Source: Catajapyx aquilonaris
Lineage: Eukaryota
Direction: 5' to 3'
Length of the DNA stretch: 64,000 nucleotides
Assembly (NCBI GenBank): GCA_000934665.2
Contig: JYFJ02004390.1
Coordinates: 1-64,000 of the forward strand
Under the pieces are notes generated by a model. That model did not search any database. It worked only from the letters and a program-made list of their open reading frames with translations, and had not been told where the DNA came from. The translations under genes and the position numbers were made by a program. The first letter of the stretch is position 1; every line of letters starts with the position of its first letter. Below are positions 11,004 to 22,323 of the stretch, one piece after another.

Positions 11004-13391
11004 CTTCCTGCTGGAGCAGTCTCAATATTTGGGAATATCAACCCATTCCAGAAGCCTTCTGAATCTCCCAATAAGAGTGACAAGTTACATGAGAAGAAGC
11101 AGCGTACGACTCTCTTTGAAGATGATGATAGCGACCTATTTGATCCACCGAAGAAATTAGATTATCATACACCAAAGGCTTCTGAGTCATTGGCTGCAGA
11201 CAACTTATTTTCTGCGAGTAAGTCAGGACCCAAGATGACCCCCAGGGTCACACAATCTAAAAAAGCTTCCCTTTTTGATGATTCAGACTCAGGTGATGAT
11301 TTATTTTCATCTGCAAGCTCCACTAGTTCAAAATCATCAAAGTCCAAGTCAGAGCAAAAGAGTGTAGAAGGCAAAACGGGGCCTTTTGATGATGATTTGT
11401 TTGGCACAAAGAATAAGACAGCATCAAAGGCTATAAAGACCATTGACTTATTTGGAGATGATTTTGATGATTCTGACTTTTTTGCAGTTCCTAAGTCAAA
11501 AGATGTTGAGGTGCCTGTCTTTGGTGATGATGATGTGGAGGATCTTTTTGCAGAAGTTCCTTCCAAAGTAGTTCCCACCGACAAAGTAGTAGGGAAGACC
11601 ACATTAAACAAATTGAGTGGTGTAGATGAAGTGAAACCTGTAGAAAATGTGCGTCCTAAGGATAAAATTGTGTCTGCAGCATTGGGTAGTGGAAGTACAG
11701 TGGTACCAAAGATGAAAACCAAGGCACTTAGTGATGACCTTTTTGGTGGTGAAACATTTTTGGTACAAGGGGAGTTGTTTGGTGAGAAATCGATTCAGAA
11801 GTCTAGCATTGAAGTAGGAGGGGGTCAATCCAAAAATGAACAAGTTGACAAAATTCAGAATGACCTGTTTGGTGACCAGTCTCCACCAGGTGATCTCTTT
11901 GGGAACAGTAAGGTTGACCAAGTTGCACAAGACACTTTATTTGGTGCTAAAACGTCACAAGAAGACCTGTTTGCAGAAAAAGCTCTGCCAAGTTTGAGAA
12001 AATCACAATCCACTGCTCAGCCTTTATCCGTAGACAATACTTCAGTTTTGAACAGAACTCAGCCAGAGACCAGGACCTCCCAACCAGATGAAATTTTATC
12101 AAAAGGAAGCATGAAAACAGGAAAATATATTGATGATACAGTTCAAGCAGACAGTGGACCAGAATATGACCGGGACAAGTCCTTGGAGGTGAGAAGAATG
12201 CCATTGGATGCCCCGATCAGTGATAACACATTATCAGCAACGAAAGCAATGGAAGATGACCTCTTCAATAAAAAGGCAGGTCAAGTGAACAAATCAACAC
12301 ATGACAACGTGTTACCTGACTTGCAAGATGACATAAGAGGATCAGATTTATTTGATAGCAAAACTTTGTCATTGGAGAAGGAAAGTTGCGAAGTCAATGA
12401 CAAAGAGGTTAATGTACCATGCATTGATAATGATAAACCATTGCTAGCAGAGAAAACACAAAAAGATGATATATTTGATGTGAAAACTGTGCATTCAGTT
12501 AAAACACCTCTTGATCCTATGTTTTCCTCAGAATTATCACCACCAGGGAAAATGTTGGAACCAAAACCTTCTCTGTTTGAAAGTCTCGATGATGATGATG
12601 AGGATCTTTTCATCACAAGGCCCACAGTTTCTCCAGGAGTATCACCTCAAGACTCGGCCCTACCTCAGCCAAAACCTCATACTTCTCTGAACATTAACCC
12701 TCTAGCCTTACTCCCAGGTGCAAAACCACCACCAAAGGAACCAAAGGAATCACCAGGAGTTGATTTTTCTGCACCTGTGTCAGTTCCTACATTGAAGAGC
12801 ATGGGAAAAGACAGGGCCAAAATTCAAACCCGAAGAAGACCTCCAACTAGAGCTGGGAGGCAGAAATCAATACAACCATCAGAAATTGAGAAGCCAGAGC
12901 TGACTTCAAAAGTTGAGAAACAGGAATTGAAGCTAGAGTCAGGTGTAGAGCAGGCGCCACTGAAGTCCGATGTTAAGAAGCAAGAGCCGAAGCTTCCAAC
13001 TGAGTCGAATCCATTGTCACCATCAACTGAAGAAGAAGACTTCTTCACTGTGCCATCAGTAGAGAAAGATGATGCATTTGGGGCATTCAAGTCAGACATG
13101 TTCAGTGGGCGTGACTCTACAGAAAAGATCCATGTGAAGAAAGGCCTTTTCGATGGTGATGAGGATGATGATCTTTTCCATACAGCAAAGTCCAAGGCAA
13201 AAGTTAACAAAACAGCCCCAAGGACTGCTTCATTGTTTGGAGATGATGACGATGACGATGATCTGTTCAGTAATACATCAAAGCCAGTTTCAAAGTCAGT
13301 AGCAAAAACAATGGTGAAAAATAGGGCAAAACTTCCAAAGAAGGAAGGTGATGGAGTCTTTGATGATCCATTAATGGTCAATGAAATCTAG
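11004..13391 (+). CDS. WASHC2: WASH complex subunit 2 (FAM21), terminal coding exon (795 codons + TAG)
   Basis: Acceptor TTCCTCTTCTCTCGTTTAG|CTT, in frame with ORF 11190-13391. Contains LPAGAVSIF, many L-F-(D/E)n-L-F repeats, LNINPLALLPG, a CPI-like motif LKSMGKDRAKIQTRRRPPTR (12792-12851) and C-terminal VFDDPL. Confidence 0.93.
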   Translation, partial: LPAGAVSIFGNINPFQKPSESPNKSDKLHEKKQRTTLFEDDDSDLFDPPKKLDYHTPKASESLAADNLFSASKSGPKMTPRVTQSKKASLFDDSDSGDDLFSSASSTSSKSSKSKSEQKSVEGKTGPFDDDLFGTKNKTASKAIKTIDLFGDDFDDSDFFAVPKSKDVEVPVFGDDDVEDLFAEVPSKVVPTDKVVGKTTLNKLSGVDEVKPVENVRPKDKIVSAALGSGSTVVPKMKTKALSDDLFGGETFLVQGELFGEKSIQKSSIEVGGGQSKNEQVDKIQNDLFGDQSPPGDLFGNSKVDQVAQDTLFGAKTSQEDLFAEKALPSLRKSQSTAQPLSVDNTSVLNRTQPETRTSQPDEILSKGSMKTGKYIDDTVQADSGPEYDRDKSLEVRRMPLDAPISDNTLSATKAMEDDLFNKKAGQVNKSTHDNVLPDLQDDIRGSDLFDSKTLSLEKESCEVNDKEVNVPCIDNDKPLLAEKTQKDDIFDVKTVHSVKTPLDPMFSSELSPPGKMLEPKPSLFESLDDDDEDLFITRPTVSPGVSPQDSALPQPKPHTSLNINPLALLPGAKPPPKEPKESPGVDFSAPVSVPTLKSMGKDRAKIQTRRRPPTRAGRQKSIQPSEIEKPELTSKVEKQELKLESGVEQAPLKSDVKKQEPKLPTESNPLSPSTEEEDFFTVPSVEKDDAFGAFKSDMFSGRDSTEKIHVKKGLFDGDEDDDLFHTAKSKAKVNKTAPRTASLFGDDDDDDDLFSNTSKPVSKSVAKTMVKNRAKLPKKEGDGVFDDPLMVNEI

Positions 13392-13941
13392 GGAAGATAT
13401 TTTGAAAACGACAAGTACTCATGATGTGAGAAACAATGAGGAGAAGAGAAGCTGCATTATTTCTGGTAATGCCAGTGATTTCTTATAAAGAAAATGGAAA
13501 TGAATGATCAGCAATGGCTTTTTCAGATAGGTGTATATGGGAGATGGAACTCTGTGAAAGACTTTGGTGCCATATTTTTAATGCATGATAATGCATTGTA
13601 AGTTGCCATTGATGCAGGAAAATATATATAGTATACATACATGCTATTTGCATTGCTGCAGATGTGAATGCAGGATTTCAGACTGACTACTTGTCACATT
13701 TCACCAGTTGCTTTCATTTCCATGAGAATGTCATAGAACAGGGCTATCTGCCTCGTTTCTAGAATTTACTTTTCCTAGGCCAAAAGTCCACCCCCATCCC
13801 CCATGACCAGGAAATTGATTCCATATGTGCAGCAAGGGTAGAAGCAAAGCCTGTTGAGAGGACAAGTCTTGTAAAGGACTAGATTTCTCCTCTCATCCAG
13901 CTGTGCGTAGAAGGGCCCATTGAGATATTTTCACCTAATGT

Positions 13942-14698
13942 CAGGGGTTGAATCTTAAATTTTTTGTCCAGGGGCAAAGTTAGCCCTCCAGACTTTCATC
14001 TGGAGTGCAAATTGTTTTCTTGGAGTGCTTAATTTTTAATTATTGGGTTTAGCCATGTTAACCCTTTGATGGCTGAGTTTTTTTGGCCGTTTTAGTCTCT
14101 TTATGAAAAAAGATCTAGTAGCAGTAATATTAATGAAAACCAATATTCTCCAATATTTATTATTTCAACTCGTGGCCCTGGTCCTTTTGAACGTAAAATG
14201 CAAAAAAAAATTCATCTACAGGGTGATCCAGAAAAAAATGTAAAGTGCAATTAACTTTACATGTAATTAAATTTATTAAAATTTTTAAAGTCGCTATAAA
14301 ATTGTTACAATGGTTACATAATACTACTAAAACAATGTACTTGGAGAAATTACTATGAGTCCAGACGTCGCATGTTGTCAAAAACTTTCAGGTGGGAGGG
14401 GGTATGTTTAGCTCCCGCTGGGAGGTGGGAAAACTGATTAGCATACGCCATGGTAGTTGAGACCCCTTCCACGAGGTGGTAAGAGCAGTTTGTGCCTCAA
14501 ACTGCGCCATTTTTGTGTAAACTCTAGCTCTCCCAGTTCAAAAACCAGCAGGACATCATATGATGTTCGTAGCCATCAAAGGGTTAAAAAACAGTACCAA
14601 CTGGAGTGCAAACTGTGCACTCCAGGGTTCACTTTAGAGTGCAAATAATAATTTTGGAGTGCAAATTGCACCTTTCCATCCGAATATTTCGACCCCTG
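13942..14698. mobile_element. hAT-like MITE in the probable 3' UTR, interrupted by a piggyBac-like MITE
   Basis: CAGGGGTTGAA...TTCGACCCCTG termini. GGAGTGCAAA subterminal repeats on both sides of the nested insert. Imperfect flank duplication CTAATGT/CTATGT. Confidence 0.6.
14062..14583. mobile_element. piggyBac-like MITE
   Basis: TTAA|CCCTTTGATGGCT...AGCCATCAAAGGG|TTAA. Confidence 0.85.
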
Positions 14699-15332
14699 CT
14701 ATGTGATATCTACTGCATATTGTGGTGGTCTGGAAAAATGGCATTACAGTCCAGATCTGGACCACGATCCAACAGTTGAATAGCCCCGTCATAGAATGTT
14801 GAAATTGATTGATATCCATGTACAAATTTGTTGTATAGTATATAACTTGTTGAAATTACAGTCAGCAACTGGTTGCTGTCTGAGCCAGAGGAGATATTAC
14901 CTGATAACCTCAAGTTGGCTTGTAATAAAGTTGGCTATTCTCCTGTTATTGGTAAGGAGGTAAGGCAGGAATCATGCACAGAAAATATGAATTTAATGAC
15001 AAGTAATAAGCAATTTAAAAATATATGAAATTAACTACATTTGTTCAGTTGGCATTGTTGTACGTGTGGCTGTGATTAATTTTGTTACTATGATCTGGAG
15101 CAAGGTTTTTGAAACCCCTAGAATGAGTAGTCTTGAAATGTACTGTTCTCCATTGTACAAAGTATTAAAATTTCATGTTCAATCATTGGAGGTTTGTGGC
15201 AGAAAAAATTGTGCTAATGCAAATATTAATTTCCGAATTTATTTTTTAGGTGGGATTATTTTGCATACCCTGAACTATCACATGGTTATCTGGTATGTAA
15301 ACTCCATTTGATTTGCACATGCATTCCATGGA

Positions 15333-15338
15333 AATAAA
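15333..15338 (+). terminator. Candidate polyadenylation signal of WASHC2 (alternative AATAAA at 14924-14929)
   Basis: AATAAA followed by T/GT-rich sequence, at the end of an AT-rich UTR-like stretch after the stop codon. Confidence 0.45.
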
Positions 15339-15518
15339 TTTATTGTTGGCAAACAGGTTATTTTTATGACTTTGCACATTTCCACTACATTCATTTAACC
15401 TCTGTGATGATATTATCTTCTGTAAATTAGCCCCATGTCACATGAGGAGTAGGAACAGTTATAATCCAGTTTCAAACTTGTAGTTTGCCCCACTTGACAT
15501 GGTACAGTCAGCATAATG

Positions 15519-15605
15519 AGGGTGCCAGATCTATATCTGGTTTATCCTGAAGGGTAGGCCACCTGCACTACCCTTCAGGATAAACCTGATGGTGATCTGG
15601 TACCC
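15519..15605. repeat. 87-bp hairpin / minimal hAT-like MITE
   Basis: Perfect 19-bp stem GGTTTATCCTGAAGGGTAG (15539-15557) / CTACCCTTCAGGATAAACC (15568-15586). Outer GGGTGCCAGAT/ATCTGGTACCC. Flanks GCATAATG/GCATTGTG. Confidence 0.6.
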
Positions 15606-17018
15606 GCATTGTGCTGGTGCTTATGCTGTGAAAATTTAGTTTTGCCAATCTGACTGTAGGAACTACGGCCGAGGAGTTTTTGTATATACATACAGGTTGG
15701 GCAACTAGTCCCCTTATCGCATAGATCTCCAGAGTCCCACCAGGCCGCTTCTGCGCCACAGTGCATCGAGCGACACCCTTCACTGTGACGAAAATTATTA
15801 CTATTAATTGAGAACGGATGATAAGAACGTGGATGCGAACAGGCCCAGTGCAAAGGAACGAACGGACCATGCATACTAGTTGAGTTGGCGGTGTGGGAGT
15901 TGTGGTTCGTCGTGTTCCCCCACTAGCTTACAAGATGGAGTGCTTGGGCGTTGAGCACTACAGGAACGGGTCAGAAGCGCCGCAAGCTCATGCGATGCAG
16001 CACCCCACCTAACGACTGATAAGCCTCTCTGTGCCTCTCTAAAGTCACAGAGTCAGAGAGGGAAACCTATGTGAAAAAAATGGAGTTGCACTGGGGTGGT
16101 AAGAACCCTGAGATGCCGCAGCCACCAGGAAACGACAGGGCATATGAATAGGTAGACATAAAATTGATCACTAGAGAAAAACCTACAACTCAGACATACT
16201 AGGATTTGTGGATTCAGCTTCCTCCTGAAAAACCATTTCCAGTAAATCATCTGTATAATTTCAATGAAGTTCATTTTCATGAAGAAAATGCTATAAAGAA
16301 CCTAAAAAATCTTTTTTGGAGTTTTTTTTTTGGCCATTTTATCCCTTCTGATGGTGTGGCAGATAACTTGAATCATGCCAGAAGTTGTGTTCCCTGACAA
16401 CAATTGGAGTAGTTTCAATAAGCTTTGTGAAATTATGGAATTCGTGGACCTTTTTTTGGTTACATCAAGATTCATGAACTACCTAAGGCTGGAGAGGAGG
16501 TTACCTGGAAAAGATGAAGTAGGAGGGTATCTGTGCAGGTGTTTTTAGGTTGTTTGCACTACAGTTTCATGTCTTAGCTACAAGTGAGTTGAGCTGGACA
16601 TTAGTTACTTGTAGACAGACCTATCAGGCCAGTTGTGCAGCTGCAGTTACAGACACAGCAAAATATGAATGTTTTAATAATGGATCAGTCAATATGTTAT
16701 AAGATCTAATGTTGTACAGGTATGACCTGTATAAAGGCAAGAGCTATAAAGGTTAGCTTTTTGATTGGTTATTTGATATCACATCATACTGATTTCTATG
16801 TAAACATGAACATAATTATTTTAAATATGTGATGACTATTCCTGAAACAAGCATCATTGTTACTTCCTTTAAGTTGCTTTTATAAAGGCATTACAGTACA
16901 TAAGTATTTTTTCACAGACCACTCCTTGGCAGCTCTCATTGCAATTGATTGAGTGAACTGGCATCCATATATTTTCCTCCCTGCTAGGCAGTGGAGGATT
17001 TACTCCGAGCTCTGGTTA

Positions 17019-17126
17019 AGGCCGGTATCCATGTACGAGATTCTCGCATACGAGGAGCCGCGAGGAGCCAACTGCGCATGCCCAGATACGAGGAAAGGGG
17101 AAAAAGTTGAAAATGGATACCGGCCT
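17019..17126. mobile_element. 108-bp PIF/Harbinger-type MITE
   Basis: TTA|AGGCCGGTATCCAT...ATGGATACCGGCCT|TTA. Confidence 0.85.
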
Positions 17127-17999
17127 TTAGTGCTTGACTGACAAATTAATTGAAATAACTGAAACAAGGAGCAGAAGCAGAACCCAGGACTACCCAGGAT
17201 GTCACAAAACGTTTCAAGAAAGAGAAGGGCACTAGAGATGCACCAAGAAAATGGACTGTTTTTGCATACCCCACACCGTGGGATCGTGTATTTGTAATTT
17301 AAATGATCATATAGCAGCTTTATGTATTAGACACGTGGGAAGGGGAAAAAAATGTGATTTTCTCCCATCTTGAATTTTGGCGTTTAGAGCCTTGTGCATG
17401 TCCACTCTTCAATTTGCTTCTACAGGCTCCTAAGCCTTTGGACACTTGTTCTTCTGGGATTATATTCTCTCTGGCTAAAATGAATAAAATAATAACAGCC
17501 GAAGTATGAGAACCCACGAAGCAGAGACAAGTTTCAACTGTCAAATGCAATAACAGTTTATTTTTACATACCGTAAAGCCGGGTTACTTTGCCCCATGGG
17601 GGGTGGCATTGGCTCATCGCGCTTTTAGATACGTTCATATAATTACAGTACCTCCTATCTCTCTCGCGCATTACATCAGAACTGCGTAGCTTCCACTCTT
17701 ATGCTTATCTGACAAAGGACTCTCTAGGTATGAAAATAGCACATCAGGACTCTTGAAAATGTTCTCCGTGGCTTTCCAGCAGACATGTAATTGAATGTGG
17801 TCATTTTTTGGGTGCTGATGTACTCACCAAAACCTCCCTTCGTCTGAGCAGCAGTTTGGAAATGTCTTGAACGCTTGTAAGTCACCTTTTTGTGGATCAT
17901 AATTTGTAGATTGCAATGGTGTTGTCACCTTTTATAATTATAATAATTTACCAGTAATGAGTACCGGTAACATGCCACTGTTACGCTTATAAAATAATG

Positions 18000-18374
18000 C
18001 TCTTTTCAAGGAAGACCTCTAGTTCCACTCCCCTTTTGCTGGTGTCAATGCAGCTGATAAGGAACATTCCTGCTGGTATTGGTACCACTGCCAAGAAGAA
18101 GACAGGTGGCCTCTTTGACAGTGATGATGAAGATGATCTCTTTGCTGCCTCCAAACCAAAAGCAAAGGCCAAAGAGCCTGTGTTTGCAGATGATGCTATG
18201 CCAAAGGAGCACCAAGTTGCACCAACAGCAGTTGTGCCAGAGGTGAAGGGAAAGAAGGTTAGGGATACAACTTTATCGATTTTGGAAATGAGGTTTTGAT
18301 CTGTGGGGTTAGAATAGAATGTTCATATGTTACAAAAATGTATCCTAGCGGTCACATGCAGGGTGTTCCAAGTA
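18000..18374 (+). pseudogene. WASHC2: Duplicated, frameshifted WASHC2 exon fragment (18000-18257) plus start of the following intron
   Basis: About 97% identical to 8238-8623 by manual count. Lacks the native acceptor. Carries an 11-bp deletion, a 1-bp deletion and a 1-bp insertion. Retains the donor AAG|GTTAGG. Confidence 0.92.
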
Positions 18375-18688
18375 CAGTAAAACTTATATAAGTCGAATCT
18401 CCATGGGACTGGAAAAAAAAAACTTCGAGTTAGAGAAGTTTGGCTTTTTTGAAGCACATAACTCGATATAAGGAAGCCTATCTTGATATCCAGCGACGAA
18501 AGTTGTTCGAAACTTAAAAATACCTGTCACTATCACACTTACAATGTTCCTCGCTGTTTTGGTGTAAAAAAAACTCCGTTATGGACACTTGCCTACTCTT
18601 AGATTCAAGGATTCAATTGTCACAATCGAGTCAAACCCTTCTTTCGGTACGTCTGGTAGACGGAGATCGGGAAACTGAGCCTTTCTGT
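18375..18688. mobile_element. MITE family A, copy 2 (right-truncated, part of the duplicated segment)
   Basis: TA|CAGTAAAACTT start at the same intronic position as copy 1. No nested inserts. Breaks off at GAGCCTTTCTGT. Confidence 0.88.
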
Positions 18689-21600
18689 TACGCTAATGAC
18701 AAAAGTACTCGTATGGGTCCACTTCAACCTGATGGGCTGAAGTTACCCTTTGCTCTACGTGCATTACTTTTTAAATATACAGTGAAATCCCGATAACTCC
18801 AACCACCATGGGACCGAGAAAAAAAAATTCGACATCGAATATGGTGGGGAAAACAGCACCAGCACCAAAATTAAACACCTACAGTAGCCCTATGCGTCTC
18901 GCTACTGGGACACGATTGCAAGTGACCGCTAGACGACTGTAAGACTAGGGCCTCTGACTGCTCTGAGACAAAAGGCATGTCACCACCGCAACGGAATACA
19001 TGAGTCACTATACCTACAGGAAAGGGAGCTTAAAACAGTTAAAATATTCAGAAATTGATAATCTACCATGTTCCTCCACATTTAAGACACGTGGAATTAC
19101 ACTTTTAAATTCCAGGTCATAATGGCCTACTATTCAGGCAATGAAAACATGGATCGCTTCTGTCCCTGAACTGTAAAAATTCTTCATCCAGCACAGGGTT
19201 CAAACTCAGGACCTCAGATGACTGAATCATTTGCGCCATTATTAAGTGCCGTATTGGCTATAATTTTAAGTTACCAATTAATAATTGACTCCTAAAAGAT
19301 ACTGAAATTGGCCCTTATTGTTGGCCAGAACAACTGCACATGTGCTCAAGCTATAACACCAGTTACCACAGCTAACGACACGCTTGAAAAAGGCCCGGCA
19401 GCGACCCTTTATTACCCAGTACCACTAGCGTGATCCGCATAACTTATAGGAAGCTAATTAATTGATGCTAGGAAGGACGCCATGCACCGTAAAATGATAA
19501 AACATTGGGATCATCGGGGTAAAACTAACACTCAATAATTAGATTCATTTTGAAAGAGTCGTGTACACATTCTTGATCGCCATTCATTTCCTCTTCTAAT
19601 GATTTATGAGCATCATTATGTGGAAATGACAATGTATTTATACCGTACACTGACACCGTACATTCTGGAAAGATGAACCACGTACAGGAAACACAGGAAC
19701 ACGTATACAGTATTAATGTCTTAATATATTCTCAATACCATCTGCTGTACACATGCTGTACACACTCTATGACATTGAAAGTTCCCTGCAAAATTCTGGA
19801 AGACACAGGACTCAACCTGAATATCTATACCGTCTCGTGTACAAGTGGCCGGAGCAGAACAGTTCCGAGCCGACCTTTTTTTCCCACCTTGAATAGATGG
19901 ACGTTCCTGATTTACGAGGGAATCAAATTGGAACGGATCCTGGCGATAAAGCGGACCGGTAATTGCTAGGAAATGTCCCTTCCATCACCCCAACTGGTCA
20001 GCTTATCGAGTTGAACACGGATGTTGGAAGCATGGGGAGGGAGAGAAGACACCAAAGTTGCCTCCGAAATCAATTTGTCCAAGCTGTCAGCCCCACATTT
20101 CCATAACACATGAAAACGACAGAACGTATTACAATTTGGAGAAGTTCCTCCGAGATTAAAGTTACCATTAGGAATATTTTATTGGGAGGGTCTAGTGGGA
20201 GGGTTTGCATCTGACATGGGAATCACTGTAATGATTTCAGGAGGGAGAAAAAGGCCATCTCATCTGACTGATGGCTGGAGTGTCTGACAATGCGGAGCGC
20301 CATATTTCGATCGGTGATATCATTTCGGATGGTCATGGCAGCAGTAGCAGCAGCAGCCAGGAAGGATGAGAACCGGGTCAAATCCGATGGCTGTTCCGAG
20401 GATTTCCCAACGTTTTCCCCCGCCCTGCATTCAACCCTCACCTACCAACACAGATAGCTACACTAGTCCACTCACAAACTGCTCTGCACACACCCAACAT
20501 GCTAATGGCTGCCAAATGACCCACAATTCTAAACACGAGTTTGCTTTTATTCGAGCTATGCCGTGCCGCTATTCTAGCAGTCATCCCGCCAATTTATGGC
20601 ACCTAGCTTCATGCGTGCGATATGTAACTAACAAGCGAGGCTTGTTCCATCTAATCTTCTCCTATAGAGCGCCCAAGTGTTTTTGGATCGGTCTTGCACA
20701 GTAGTCTTCTCCACCTGATATTTTAATACCTATACAGTATAGATTGGTACGACTAGTGCATCCCAGGCACATACGTTTGACCGTCACGACTCTTTTTGGA
20801 AGGGTATGGATTAGGGCAGGGTCACTCAAGCACGATGCCAAAATGGAGTCCGGAGCCCTTCACACATCGATTCTCCAGAGTGGAATGGGTCAGGCCCATA
20901 AGTTCACCCCTCCCGTTTTACCCCCATCAACACCATTTTAGCAGCCCTCCGGACATGTTTGCCCAGCCTCTAGGAAAAGTGCGTACTTTTAGGCTGCCTA
21001 ACGAGGGTAGGATTTGGTTTCGAGCTGGGTCAAAGGTAGAGGAAAAACGTAGCAACCGGAGAAATCGGCTCACAAAGGCATGAGGATGATGCTGGATGTA
21101 TGGATGCTTTTTTTTTTTTTTTTTTTTGTAAGTTTCCCGCAGACTCTGGGAGTCCGGAAAAAGTTGGTAGGTTTTTATATGCTGCAGGTAGATATAGCAT
21201 GAAAGCCTCCTTTCGTGCGCTAACTCCCAGAAATTGAATTTAACGTGCACGTGGAGCGGAAGTGAAATCAGAGGCTGTTGGAAGTTTGTAGCGCTTACAT
21301 CCACTGTAGAGAAAGCGAATCGGACAGAATTTCTTGCGAATAGCAACCGCCGTTTTATCACGTAAAACATGTCGCTGCGCCTGCTACTTGCGTAAAAAGC
21401 AAATAATATTACGTGGGCCGGCACATGTTGAGTCCATTTGAGAGAGTGCCTTGGCAATTTTTTCTTATTTGCTATGTACAGTACTCCACACAAAAGTGTT
21501 TATGGAGTCATGGTCTGGCTTATTATCTCGACGTCCTCACTATACTAACAAGTGCAGTACATTTCCACTGCCATGTTATCGAATATAAACTCTCAGACTT

Positions 21601-21741
21601 CAAGGCGAAGTGATGTTGATAGAGAATGGCGCTGATAAATAATGGCTAATCCAGGCATAGGTTACTTACATATGTTTGCACGGTGTTCTATAGTTAATCT
21701 AGTATAACTGCAAACGTCTAGTCCTTGTAACGAATTGAATA

Positions 21742-22323
21742 CAGTAAAACTTCCATAAGTCGAATCTCCATGGGACCGGGAAAAAACTTCGAGTTAGAGA
21801 AGTTTGGGATTTTTTAAAGCACAGAACTATATAAGGAAGCCTACCTTTATATCCAACGACGAATGGTGTTCAAAACTTAAAAATAACTGTCACTGTCACA
21901 CTTACAATGTTCATCGTTGTTTTGTTGTAAAAAAAACTATGTTATGGACGTTTGCCTACTCTTAGATTCAAGGATTCAATTATTGTCACAATCGAGTCAA
22001 ACACTTCTTTCGGTACGTCTGGTAGACGGAGATCAGGAAATTGAGCCTTTCTTTACATGTGCCCTGAACCCTTCGGCTGGGAAATGAGAAAATTTTCCAT
22101 ACTCGCCAACATGAACTTCGACTTAGGGAGACTGAAAATGCATTGAAATCCCATCGTAAGGCCCTGCCAGCACTTCGAGTTATGGAGAACTTCGAGTTAT
22201 AGAAATTCGAGTTAGGGAAGTTTATTTCCTATTATTTTACGTTGTGACCAACCAAACTCATCATTTTCTTCGACTTATAGAGAACTTCGACTTAGGGAAG
22301 TTCGACTTACAGAAGTTTTACTG
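21742..22323. mobile_element. MITE family A, copy 3 (intact, ~580 bp)
   Basis: TA|CAGTAAAACTT...AAGTTTTACTG|CA. Colinear with the other copies. Confidence 0.92.

Larger units (their letters stand above)
17571..18760. mobile_element. Old Tc1/mariner-like TIR element containing the WASHC2 exon copy
   Basis: Left TA|CCGTAAAGCCGGGTTACTTTGCCCCAT. Right end, reverse-complemented, reads ACGTAGAGCAAAGGGTAACTTCAGCCCAT; only degenerate similarity. Confidence 0.45.

Noticed and set aside
11165..13381. Minus-strand ORFs of 85-185 aa
   Set aside because: Antisense shadows of the low-complexity WASHC2 exon.
17997..18299. ORF as a functional second WASHC2 gene or alternative exon
   Set aside because: Lacks the native acceptor, has frameshifting indels, and lies beyond the stop codon and probable poly(A) site.
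19190..19245. Degenerate minus-strand tRNA-SINE head (B-box-like GAGTTTGAACCC)
   Set aside because: Too decayed to define a body or TSD.
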